From Candidatus Merdibacter merdipullorum (GTDB lineage Bacteria > Bacillota_I > Bacilli_A > Erysipelotrichales > Erysipelotrichaceae): 43,416 bases of DNA. Below the pieces are notes generated by a model. That model saw only the letters and a program-made list of their open reading frames with translations, was not told the DNA's origin and searched no databases. The position numbers and the translations under genes are program-made. The stretch covers positions 1 through 43,416 of the forward strand of contig DXCS01000019.1 of NCBI GenBank assembly GCA_019115895.1, in the 5' to 3' direction. Position 1 is the stretch's first letter, and each line of letters opens with the position of its first letter. Below are positions 28,773-37,285 of the stretch, one piece after another.

Positions 28773-31418
28773 ATGATCCGCTGCATGCAGTGTATGGAAG
28801 AATATGATGAGCGGCTGGACCGCTGTCCGCACTGCCATCAACAGCCGCAGGCGCCTGAGCCGTTCCAGCTTCCTTATGGCACGATGCTGGACGATCGCTT
28901 TCTGGTCGGCGCCATGCTGGGCCATGGCGGGTTCGGCATCACTTACATCGGCTGGGACACGCTGCTGGATCAGAAAGTGGCGATCAAGGAATATCTGCCG
29001 ATGAACCTCGCCACCCGCATCGACGCCCAGCGCACGGTGACCGTCTATTCGGATGAGCGCCGCGCCTTGTTTGAGAAGGGGCGGGAGAACTTTGCGAAAG
29101 AAGCGCGGCGGCTGGCGATGTTCAACGCCGAAGAAAGCATCATCACGGTCTATCACAGCTTTGCGGAAAACGGCACGGCCTATTTCGTGATGGAATATGT
29201 GGAAGGAGAGACCGTGGAGGAACGCGTGCGCCGCAAAGGAAAGCTGTCCTGCGATGAGGTGAGAACGATCATGGTCCCATTGCTGGACGCGCTGGAAAAG
29301 GTGCACGAGAAAGGCATCATCCACCGGGACATCGCGCCGGACAACATCTATGTGACCAAAGCGGGCAAGGTGAAGCTGCTCGATTTCGGGGCGGCTCGCA
29401 GCACGATCAGCGATTCTCTGACTTCCCAGAGCGTATCGATGATCATCAAGCGGGGATATGCACCGGAAGAACAATACCGCGGCAATGGGGATGTCTCTGC
29501 GGCCAGCGATGTCTACAGCGTCGCGGCGACGATCTACTTCATGCTCAGCGGCACCCCGCCCAAGGATGCCATGGAGCGCACGGACAGCGAAAAGCTGGTC
29601 CCGCCCTGTGAGCTCGCGGACGGGGTCGATCATAATCTGAATCAGGCGGTGATGAACGCGCTGATCCTCGATCCGCATCAGCGCACGCAGAGCGCCAGGG
29701 CATTCCGCGACGAGATCATGAGCCGACGGCGGGTCAGAAAGCGCCGGCAGCGAGAGAGGGAAAACGCCTTTACGATCTCCGGGCGCACCAGGATCGCGCT
29801 CTCCGTCTCCACGACCGCCGTCTTCCTGCTTGCCATCGTCCTTGCGCTGACGCTGATGAACGCCGGAAAGCTGAGCGGCTGGAGCCAGAACGTGCTGGCA
29901 GCAGAACAGACCTATGTGCCAGGCGTGCTCAGCCTCTCTGAGCGCGAAGGGAGGGAACGCATGGAGGACGCCGGATTGTCCTTGATCGTGACAGACAAGA
30001 ATGATGATGCTCAGATGGAGGCCGGACTGATCCTGAGCCAGAGCCTGCAGCCGGGATCCATCGCGGAAAAGGGCAGCGTCGTGACGGCCGTGACGAGCCG
30101 AGGACCAAGCCGCGTGCTCATCCCGGATGTGCGCTTCATGCGCGCGGAAGACGCCCGCACGATGCTGGAAGAAGTCGGGCTGAAGGTGAACCTGCGCGAT
30201 GTGCAAGATGCGGATCATCCAGCCGGGACGATCATCGCCCAGGATAAGGTGCCGTATACCGCCGCCTTTGCGCAGGATGAGATCACCCTGAGCGTCTGTG
30301 CGGGAGAAGAAAGCGAAGGCACGCTCGATGCGCTGCCCGAGCTGGAAGGCATCACGCTGGAAGATGCCGTGCAGCGCGTCAGCGAAGCCGCGCTCATCGT
30401 GGAGAGCTACGTGCCGGATGAACGCGCGGCAGGGACCATATTGCAGGCGAAGCGCGAACGAGGATATGCCGTCGTGCAAGTGAGCAGCGGCCCTGCGCTC
30501 GCGGTCATCCCGGATGTGGAGCTGATGACACAGGAGCGTGCCGAAGAGGCCCTGCACGCGATGGGCTTTGTCATCGAGATCAAAGAGACACAGAATGAAT
30601 ACATCGATGAGGGCAAGGTGATCATCCAGGATCAGCCGGCCGGCACCGTCTGCGAGCAGGGAAGCACGATCATCCTCACCGTCAGCCAGACATCACTGCC
30701 GCAAGCGGCAGACGATCCGGTGGAGGCCCATGCGCAGGCACCCGAAGAGCCTGGCGAATGGACGTCGTGGACGAGCGACGATTTCCTGCTTGGAGACGCG
30801 CGCTATGAGGTCATGGAGAAGACCCAGTATGCCAGCTACGATATCCGCACAGAGCGCGCGGCAGAAGCCGATGTGCCAGCGGGCTACACGCTCATCGACA
30901 CCCGTGAGAGCGGCGAATACAGCGCATGGAGCGAATGGTCGGACTATGTGGACGGCGCAGCCAAGGAAAACACCGTGCTGATCGAATACACGCCGACGGA
31001 ATATCAGTACCGTTATTATAACTGGCTTTGTCCTGAGGAGACACGGACGCCAGACTGTTACTGTTATCCCTTTGCTGGTTATCGCTGTCGCACTTGCAAA
31101 CAAGACTGCGACGTCTATGAGGAACGGCTGGCCTGGAACTCACCGCCGGAAAGCCATGTCCCATATTATCTGACATTGAATAATGGCAGAGGCAGCTGGG
31201 CCGTGCACTGGAACGGGGTCACGAACGACGACTGGTTCTATAATGAAGAGTCACTGATCGCCGCCCAGCGCCACCGTGAACGCACACGCAGCCCGCTGTA
31301 TGATTACACTTACCGCGCCGATGCGCCTTCAGCATGGCAGGATGAGCAGATCATCGCGGACGATCATCATGAGGTCATCACCAGGACCGTATACCGTTAC
31401 CGTCTGAAATCCGAATAA
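28773..31418 (+). CDS. Hanks-type Ser/Thr kinase with N-terminal zinc ribbon, TM, PASTA repeats and Trp/Cys-rich tail
   Basis: CMQC..CPHC; GHGGFG, VAIKE, HRDIAPDN, DFG, APEE; 3-4 PASTA-like repeats (VPGV, IPDV, LPEL, IPDV). Confidence 0.9.
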   Translation: MIRCMQCMEEYDERLDRCPHCHQQPQAPEPFQLPYGTMLDDRFLVGAMLGHGGFGITYIGWDTLLDQKVAIKEYLPMNLATRIDAQRTVTVYSDERRALFEKGRENFAKEARRLAMFNAEESIITVYHSFAENGTAYFVMEYVEGETVEERVRRKGKLSCDEVRTIMVPLLDALEKVHEKGIIHRDIAPDNIYVTKAGKVKLLDFGAARSTISDSLTSQSVSMIIKRGYAPEEQYRGNGDVSAASDVYSVAATIYFMLSGTPPKDAMERTDSEKLVPPCELADGVDHNLNQAVMNALILDPHQRTQSARAFRDEIMSRRRVRKRRQRERENAFTISGRTRIALSVSTTAVFLLAIVLALTLMNAGKLSGWSQNVLAAEQTYVPGVLSLSEREGRERMEDAGLSLIVTDKNDDAQMEAGLILSQSLQPGSIAEKGSVVTAVTSRGPSRVLIPDVRFMRAEDARTMLEEVGLKVNLRDVQDADHPAGTIIAQDKVPYTAAFAQDEITLSVCAGEESEGTLDALPELEGITLEDAVQRVSEAALIVESYVPDERAAGTILQAKRERGYAVVQVSSGPALAVIPDVELMTQERAEEALHAMGFVIEIKETQNEYIDEGKVIIQDQPAGTVCEQGSTIILTVSQTSLPQAADDPVEAHAQAPEEPGEWTSWTSDDFLLGDARYEVMEKTQYASYDIRTERAAEADVPAGYTLIDTRESGEYSAWSEWSDYVDGAAKENTVLIEYTPTEYQYRYYNWLCPEETRTPDCYCYPFAGYRCRTCKQDCDVYEERLAWNSPPESHVPYYLTLNNGRGSWAVHWNGVTNDDWFYNEESLIAAQRHRERTRSPLYDYTYRADAPSAWQDEQIIADDHHEVITRTVYRYRLKSE

Positions 31419-31438
31419 AGGCAGGAAGGGGAAATGAT

Positions 31439-32185
31439 ATGTATCAGTTTGTGATCTGTGAGGATGACGCGCAGCAGCGCGATCATTTGCAGAAATTGAT
31501 CAAAAAGACATACGGCGGACAGCCGGTCTTCTGTTACGACGATGTGGACACACTGCTGGAAGAGCTGCCGCATATCCCAGCGCCGCGCATCATCTTCATG
31601 GATATCGTGCTGAAGACGCGATCCGGCATCGAGGCGGCCGCAAAGATCGCCCCGGCCGATACGGCCATCATCTTCATCACCGCATATCTGGACAAGGTGG
31701 TCGATATCTTCGAAGCGCCGCACACCTATTTCATCTATAAGCCCGATCTGGAAGTGCGTCTGGCCCCGGCTGTGGAAAAGGCGATGAAGCAGCTGAACGA
31801 TCATCGCCGGCGGATCGTGCTGCAGATGCGCGACAAGAAGGTCGTGGCAGAGACCGCCGATATCCTTCGGCTGGAACGCACCCAGCGCACGACGGAGATC
31901 CGCTGCCGCAAGGAAAGCTACCATGTCTCTGATGACCTGGATCATCTGCTGGCCCGGCTGCCGGACAGCTTCGTGCGCTGTCATCGCAGCTATGCGGTCA
32001 ATCTGGACGCCGTGAAGATCTACCGGCGCAATGAGCTGATCCTGACAGACGGCACCCTGGTGCCCATCGGCCGCAGCTATTGCGAGCATGTCCGGAAAAA
32101 ATTCCAGGAACACGCCGCCCGCAACATGAGCACAGAGGGGACAGAGCTGAACAAACACGAAGAAGAGGATCCAGAAGAAAAATAG
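31439..32185 (+). CDS. LytTR-family response regulator (AgrA-like)
   Basis: ICEDD, FMDI (phospho-Asp), FIT, KP receiver motifs; FVRCHRSYAVNL and VPIGRSY LytTR motifs. Confidence 0.93.
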   Translation: MYQFVICEDDAQQRDHLQKLIKKTYGGQPVFCYDDVDTLLEELPHIPAPRIIFMDIVLKTRSGIEAAAKIAPADTAIIFITAYLDKVVDIFEAPHTYFIYKPDLEVRLAPAVEKAMKQLNDHRRRIVLQMRDKKVVAETADILRLERTQRTTEIRCRKESYHVSDDLDHLLARLPDSFVRCHRSYAVNLDAVKIYRRNELILTDGTLVPIGRSYCEHVRKKFQEHAARNMSTEGTELNKHEEEDPEEK

Positions 32186-32232
32186 GAGATCACTTGCAGG
32201 AAGGTGGTTACAGATCAGGAGGAATCGACAAC

Positions 32233-32270
32233 AAAAAAGCGGCAGCGAGAGCTATTTCGTCTCACTGCCG
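32233..32270 (-). terminator. Intrinsic terminator ending the radical SAM operon
   Basis: CGGCAGTGAGA/TCTCGCTGCCG stem spanning the stop codon, then T6. Confidence 0.7.
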
Positions 32271-33358
32271 TTCTTGTCTTGTTCCTCTTCCAGCAGACGG
32301 GCATACGCCTTTGCCTGCCGGCACAGATATTCCGGGACGCCATCATAAGCCCCCGTCTCCAATAAAGCCGCCGATACGCAGATCTTGCATACGGGACGGT
32401 ATGCGCAAGAGCCGCACTTTTCATTGAAGCAAAGCGGCTTTGCGCCGTCAACGATCTGTTTCCAGGCCGCCTCAAAGCCATGCTCGAACACGGACACCGC
32501 AGGCTCCGGCTGCATCACGCACGGCTTCATGTGGCCTTGCCAGTTGACCGTGAAGGAGCAGTGCGCCGCCATGCAGGAGATATTGCATGGCGAAGAGAGC
32601 GGTTCTTGGAGCTCCTTGCATTTTCGCTGGCGGTACTCCTCGAAGACCTCGGCCGGATATTCGTTCTTCATCGTCTGCAGCTCCGCCCATGCGGCATCCT
32701 CCGGAAGCAGGCGAGACTGCTCCTCGATCGGCCGCAGCCGGTCATGCAGGCCGGGCAGCATATACGTATCCATATGCACCGGCACATCCAGCGATCTGCC
32801 CAGCGCATAGATGGCTTCCATATCATGGACATTCTCTTTGACCACGCTGCCGTTGATCTTCACATCCACCCCGTGCGCGCGAAGCAGCTTGATGGCCCGC
32901 ACGGTCTTTTCATAGCCCTCAAAGCGGCAGAGCTTCCGATAGGTCTTTTCGCTTGCCCCATACAGCGTGATGTTGATCCGGCGGGGACGATGCGCGCCAA
33001 AGAAGGCTGCCCACTCCTCATCGATCAGCGTGCCGTTGGTGTTGACCGTCAGGATCATGCCCAGCTCCTGCAGCTTCAGATATAATTCGCGAAAGCCCGG
33101 ATACAGCAGCGGTTCGCCGCCCGTCAGCAGCATGAAGACCACGCCCGCCTTCTGCATCTCCTCTGTGATGCGCATCCAGTCCTCGAGCGGATGAAGCGAG
33201 CCCATCTGATCCATCTCCTGACGGCTCAGCCGCACATAGCACATCCGGCAGTTCATATTGCACAGCGGAAGCAGCTCGATGCTGCCATTGATGGGACGAT
33301 ACTGCTGCGCTGCACGCGCCATCAACATCTTCTCCAGAGAAAACTCATTCGCTTCCAT
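32252..33358 (-). CDS. Radical SAM/SPASM-domain peptide/protein maturase
   Basis: CNMNCRMC (CX3CX2C), TGGEPLL, NTNG; C-terminal C..C...PC and CGSCAYRPVCKIC...C SPASM pattern; RBS GAGGTG. Confidence 0.92.
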   Translation of the reverse strand: MEANEFSLEKMLMARAAQQYRPINGSIELLPLCNMNCRMCYVRLSRQEMDQMGSLHPLEDWMRITEEMQKAGVVFMLLTGGEPLLYPGFRELYLKLQELGMILTVNTNGTLIDEEWAAFFGAHRPRRINITLYGASEKTYRKLCRFEGYEKTVRAIKLLRAHGVDVKINGSVVKENVHDMEAIYALGRSLDVPVHMDTYMLPGLHDRLRPIEEQSRLLPEDAAWAELQTMKNEYPAEVFEEYRQRKCKELQEPLSSPCNISCMAAHCSFTVNWQGHMKPCVMQPEPAVSVFEHGFEAAWKQIVDGAKPLCFNEKCGSCAYRPVCKICVSAALLETGAYDGVPEYLCRQAKAYARLLEEEQDKNGSETK

Positions 33359-33374
33359 AACACTCACCTCGATC

Positions 33375-33400
33375 AAAAAAGGACGGAAACATTCCGCCCT
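33375..33400 (-). terminator. Terminator/attenuator between precursor and radical SAM gene
   Basis: AGGGCGGAA-tgt-TTCCGTCCT followed by T-run on the minus strand. Confidence 0.7.
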
Positions 33401-33431
33401 GTATCATATCAGATTTTTATGAATCCGCCAA

Positions 33432-33851
33432 TTATGAGCGGTTGGGATGGCCTTCTGCAGTCGCAAATACTTTACCCATGTGATTCCAAGTTCTGCCATC
33501 AGAAGCAGTGGTGGTCCAGTAAATGGTTTCACCAATTCGTACGGTGCTTACATCACGTACAGTGTTATACCCTGGGCCTGTAAAAATAGTACAAGTTAAA
33601 TCTCCTAGTCCGTCGGTGCCGGTCTCGATCATGCGATCACCTATCTTATCGCCGTCATCATCAAAAATGACCTGGTTGGAAGAGTTTCCGCAGTGTGCCG
33701 CATCATGGGTGACACCATTGTCGAAATCTCCTTGCCCCTGCTCATAATTATTCGCCCAGTCAACATTACATTGTACTCCCCAGCAAGCCGCGATATATTC
33801 ATTTGCTGCAAATGTTTCCCCTGCCATTCTCGGTGTTACATACTCTCTCAT
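33432..33851 (-). CDS. Putative RiPP-type precursor / modified small protein (139 aa)
   Basis: Leader-like MREYVTPRMAGETFAANEYIAA (YxxP motif), then CWGVQC...H..HC...C; RBS AGAAAGGGG; directly upstream of the rSAM/SPASM gene; lower GC than flanks. Confidence 0.65.
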   Translation of the reverse strand: MREYVTPRMAGETFAANEYIAACWGVQCNVDWANNYEQGQGDFDNGVTHDAAHCGNSSNQVIFDDDGDKIGDRMIETGTDGLGDLTCTIFTGPGYNTVRDVSTVRIGETIYWTTTASDGRTWNHMGKVFATAEGHPNRS

Positions 33852-33920
33852 GTTCAAAACCCCTTTCTGTCTTGTTACCGTATGATATTGTATTGCATGT
33901 CTTCCATGTATTTGCCGTAG

Positions 33921-34073
33921 TTACTGGATCTCGTTTTGCTGGGATCCGGCGGATGTTTCGTTTCGGTGCAGGAATTCCAGCATCTCGCTGTCGTTCATTT
34001 CCTGGAGGCGAATGGTCTCCTCGGGCGTGCATTCCACGCGCTCTGCGCTGACTCCCGGATAAGATTTCTTCAT
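33921..34073 (-). CDS. Unannotated 50-aa ORF with leader-like N-terminus
   Basis: Manual translation MKKSYPGVSAERVECTPEETIRLQEMNDSEMLEFLHRNETSAGSQQNEIQ*; strong RBS AGAAAGGAGG; below the ORF-track size cutoff. Confidence 0.6.
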   Translation of the reverse strand: MKKSYPGVSAERVECTPEETIRLQEMNDSEMLEFLHRNETSAGSQQNEIQ

Positions 34074-34160
34074 TGCGGCCTCCTTTCTGCTTCGGAAACT
34101 GTCTTTGAAGGTACACCTTTGCGGATGGACAATAAGAGCGGATTATGGTATGATAACAGT

Positions 34161-34261
34161 GTTTAGAAACAGTGAAATTCTTGTGATTCTCATCACAGAT
34201 CCACCGTTTTCGGTTCGGAAAAGATGTGTATGTGAAGGTGTACCTTTACATACACATTTTT
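34161..34261 (+). ncRNA. Putative ~100-nt structured small RNA
   Basis: TGGACA-N17-TATGAT (extended TG) promoter at 34126-34154; hairpins TGTGAT/ATCACA and ACCG/CGGT; long terminal hairpin 34224-34257 plus T-run; no RBS-led ORF inside. Confidence 0.5.
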
Positions 34262-34331
34262 GTCGTTTCAGACAAGAGAGCGGGAGGAATTTGGAAAAGA
34301 ACCATGGCAAATGTGTGAGATTATGTAAAAG

Positions 34332-34371
34332 TTAGCACTGTAGTTGCTAAAGTGCTAAAAATGTGTATAAT
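34332..34371 (+). promoter_or_regulatory. CIRCE (HrcA operator) overlapping the ftsH promoter
   Basis: TTAGCACTG-N9-AAGTGCTAA (34332-34358), 16/18 to TTAGCACTC-N9-GAGTGCTAA; TTGCTA-N16-TATAAT overlaps it. Confidence 0.85.
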
Positions 34372-34398
34372 CATTGACATAAACGGGAGGTTTGCGGT

Positions 34399-36237
34399 AT
34401 GAACAAACAGAAAAAGCCATTATACTGGTATTATCTTGTGATCCTCATTGTCTTGCTTTTGGTGAATATGATCATCGGACCGTTGTTTGCCAATAATCAT
34501 ATCAAAGAAGTCACATACAGCGATTTCCTTGATTCGATCGAGGAAAAGCAGATCCAGGATGTAGAAGTACATGATACGGAGATCTATTATACGGTAAAGG
34601 GGGATGAAGAAACGGTCTATCAGACCGGTGCGATGCAGGATGCTCAGCTGGTTGACCGGCTGGATGAGGCAGGCGCCAACTTCACGAAGGTGCAGACGGA
34701 AGAGATGAATCCGCTGCTCAGCTATCTCATCACGTTGTTTTTGCCATTGCTGATCTTCTGGGGACTGGGGTCGTTCCTGTTCCGCCGGATGCAGAAGAAG
34801 ATGGGCAAGGATGCCATGTCGTTTGGCGGCGGCGGAGGCTTCGGCCTGGGCGGCTTAGGCAAGAGCAATGCCAAGGTCTATGTGCCGGCGCAGGGCGGCA
34901 AGACCTTCAAGGATGTTGCTGGTCAGGATGAGGCGAAGGAAGCGCTGAAGGAGATCGTGGACTTCCTGAATCATCCGGACAGATATAAAGAGATCGGCGC
35001 GCAGATGCCTAAGGGCGCTTTGCTGGTCGGTCCTCCGGGAACGGGTAAGACGCTGCTGGCCAAGGCGGTGGCCGGAGAAGCCGGCGTGCCGTTCTTCTCC
35101 ATCAGCGGCAGTGAGTTCGTCGAGATGTTTGTCGGCAGAGGTGCGGCCAAGGTGCGTGACTTGTTCCAGCAGGCGCGTGAGAAGGCTCCGTGCATCGTCT
35201 TCATCGATGAGATCGATACGATCGGAAAGAAGCGTGACGGCGCTGGATTCAGCGGCAATGATGAACGTGAGCAGACGCTGAATCAGCTGCTTGCGGAAAT
35301 GGATGGATTTGACGGCAGCAAGGGCGTCGTCATCCTGGCGGCGACCAATCGTCCGGAATCTCTGGATCCGGCGCTGCTTCGCCCAGGTCGTTTTGACCGC
35401 CGGATCCCGGTCGAGCTGCCGGATCTGGCTGGCAGGGAAGCGATCCTGCGCGTCCATGCCAAGAATGTGAAGTGCTCGCCTTCGGTCGACTTCAACGCCA
35501 TCGCTCGTGCGAGCGCCGGTGCCAGCGGCGCCGAGCTGGCCAACATGGTCAATGAGGCCGCGCTGCTCGCGGTGAAGGACGGCCGCCGCAGCGTCGTGCA
35601 GAAAGACCTGGAGGAAGCCATCGAGACCGTGATCGCGGGCTATCAGAAGAAGGGCGCGGTCATCTCCAACAAAGAAAAGCTGATCGTCTCTTATCATGAG
35701 ATCGGACATGCGCTGGTCGCTGCGCTGACCAAGGGCAGCGCGCCGGTGCATAAGATCACCATCGTTCCGCGCACCAGCGGCGCATTGGGCTACACGATGC
35801 AGGTCGAGGAAGGCGAACAGCATCTGATGACCAAGGATGAGGCATATTCCCGCATCATGACGCTGACGGGCGGACGCTGTGCCGAGGAGCTGATCTTTGA
35901 TTCGATCACCAGCGGCGCCAGCAACGATATCGAGCAGGCGACGAAGCTGGCCAGATCGATGGTCACCCGCCTGGGCATGAGCGATACGTTCGGCATGACG
36001 GCGCTGGAAACGGTGAACAATCAGTATCTGGGCGGCGACACCAGTCTCGCCTGCAGCGCGGAGACAGCGGCCAAGGTGGATGAAGAGGTCGTCAAGCTCA
36101 TCCGCAAGGCGCATGATGAAGCCAAGGAACTGCTGAAGAACAACATGAGCAAGCTGCATGAGCTGGCCAAGTACCTGTATGATCATGAGACGATCACCGG
36201 GGAGGAGTTCATGGAGATCCTGCAGAAGAGCGCATAA
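34399..36237 (+). CDS. ftsH: ATP-dependent zinc metalloprotease FtsH
   Basis: Two TMs, [35 protein letters not shown]. Confidence 0.97.
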   Translation: MNKQKKPLYWYYLVILIVLLLVNMIIGPLFANNHIKEVTYSDFLDSIEEKQIQDVEVHDTEIYYTVKGDEETVYQTGAMQDAQLVDRLDEAGANFTKVQTEEMNPLLSYLITLFLPLLIFWGLGSFLFRRMQKKMGKDAMSFGGGGGFGLGGLGKSNAKVYVPAQGGKTFKDVAGQDEAKEALKEIVDFLNHPDRYKEIGAQMPKGALLVGPPGTGKTLLAKAVAGEAGVPFFSISGSEFVEMFVGRGAAKVRDLFQQAREKAPCIVFIDEIDTIGKKRDGAGFSGNDEREQTLNQLLAEMDGFDGSKGVVILAATNRPESLDPALLRPGRFDRRIPVELPDLAGREAILRVHAKNVKCSPSVDFNAIARASAGASGAELANMVNEAALLAVKDGRRSVVQKDLEEAIETVIAGYQKKGAVISNKEKLIVSYHEIGHALVAALTKGSAPVHKITIVPRTSGALGYTMQVEEGEQHLMTKDEAYSRIMTLTGGRCAEELIFDSITSGASNDIEQATKLARSMVTRLGMSDTFGMTALETVNNQYLGGDTSLACSAETAAKVDEEVVKLIRKAHDEAKELLKNNMSKLHELAKYLYDHETITGEEFMEILQKSA

Positions 36238-36243
36238 ATGATC

Positions 36244-36267
36244 AAAGGGCGGCAGCGGCCGCCCTTT
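36244..36267. terminator. Bidirectional terminator between ftsH and the RluA gene
   Basis: AAAGGGCGGC-agcg-GCCGCCCTTT perfect stem between convergent genes. Confidence 0.75.
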
Positions 36268-36295
36268 CGTGTCTGAAAAGCGCTTGCTTGTTCGC

Positions 36296-37207
36296 TCATC
36301 GCTGCGGATGAGGGCCAAGCGAGCGGTTGAGGATCTGGGTGAAGCTGTCATCCTGACAGTGCAGGATGATCTCGTTTTCGCTGAATGGATCCAGGAAGCG
36401 CAGGGTGTCTGCGTGCAGGCAGAGCCGGGGGATATCATCGCGGATGCCGTAGATCGGATCGCCGAGCAGCGGATGGCCGATGGAGGCCATGTGCACCCGG
36501 ATCTGGTGGGTCCTGCCGCTGTTCAGCTTCAGCCTGACCAGGGAATGGTTTTCGCCATGCGCCAGACGCGTATAGGCGGTGTGTGCCGCTTTTCCCTGCG
36601 GGCTGCATTCCATATGATTGAGCGCATCTGGGGTGCGTGCGATCGGTGTGTCGATGACGCCTTGCTGCGGGCATATGCCGTGGACGAGGGCCACATATTC
36701 TTTTTGCAGCTGATGGCAGGCGCGCTGCTGGGTCAGCCTGGCTGCGGCGATCGGGTTCTTGGCGAACAGCTGGATGCCGGAGGTGTCCTTGTCCAGCCTG
36801 CCGATGGTGTGCAGGCTGCAGGCGCGTCCCTGATCGCTGAGCAGCGCGTTGAGCTGGACGCTCATCGTGTCATAGTAATGCCCATGCGTAGGGTGAAGCG
36901 TCATGCCGGAAGGCTTGGCCAGGGCGATCCAGTCTTCGCGTTCCGCCAGGATGTCCAGCGGGATGCGGGTGAAATCATCGGATGTCGGGATGAAGCGCCT
37001 GCCCAGATCGAGGGCGGCGCATACGGTATCGCCGGGATGAGCGAGCGCATCGGTGCGCACCTGCCTGTGATTGAGCGTGATGCCATCGGGAATGTATTTG
37101 AGGCGGCTGATCTGTCTGCGGGTCAGCCCCATTTTCTTTTCCAGCACGTCTTTGACGCGCAGCATCCCGTCTTGTTCGCTGATCTGGCAGCACAGTCGGT
37201 GTTCCAT
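36296..37207 (-). CDS. RluA-family pseudouridine synthase
   Basis: KPSG, GRLDKDTSG, GRTHQIRVH, GHPLLGD, LCLHA. Confidence 0.93.
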   Translation of the reverse strand: MEHRLCCQISEQDGMLRVKDVLEKKMGLTRRQISRLKYIPDGITLNHRQVRTDALAHPGDTVCAALDLGRRFIPTSDDFTRIPLDILAEREDWIALAKPSGMTLHPTHGHYYDTMSVQLNALLSDQGRACSLHTIGRLDKDTSGIQLFAKNPIAAARLTQQRACHQLQKEYVALVHGICPQQGVIDTPIARTPDALNHMECSPQGKAAHTAYTRLAHGENHSLVRLKLNSGRTHQIRVHMASIGHPLLGDPIYGIRDDIPRLCLHADTLRFLDPFSENEIILHCQDDSFTQILNRSLGPHPQR

Positions 37208-37285
37208 AGCATCCCTCCTGGCTCTCATTATAGCAGAAAAAGAACCGGCATGCGCCGGTTCGCTTCGGGATGGCCCCGTCTTGGG

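Noticed and set aside
28752-30557. 601-aa antisense ORF (likewise 34855-36438, 39440-40732, 40920-42014 and others)
   Set aside because: Shadow frames opposite well-supported genes in GC-rich DNA; no motifs or RBS.
33799-34335. Track ORFs of 76-105 aa in the precursor-ftsH intergenic region
   Set aside because: No convincing RBS; they cross promoter and terminator signals. The 50-aa ORF is better supported.
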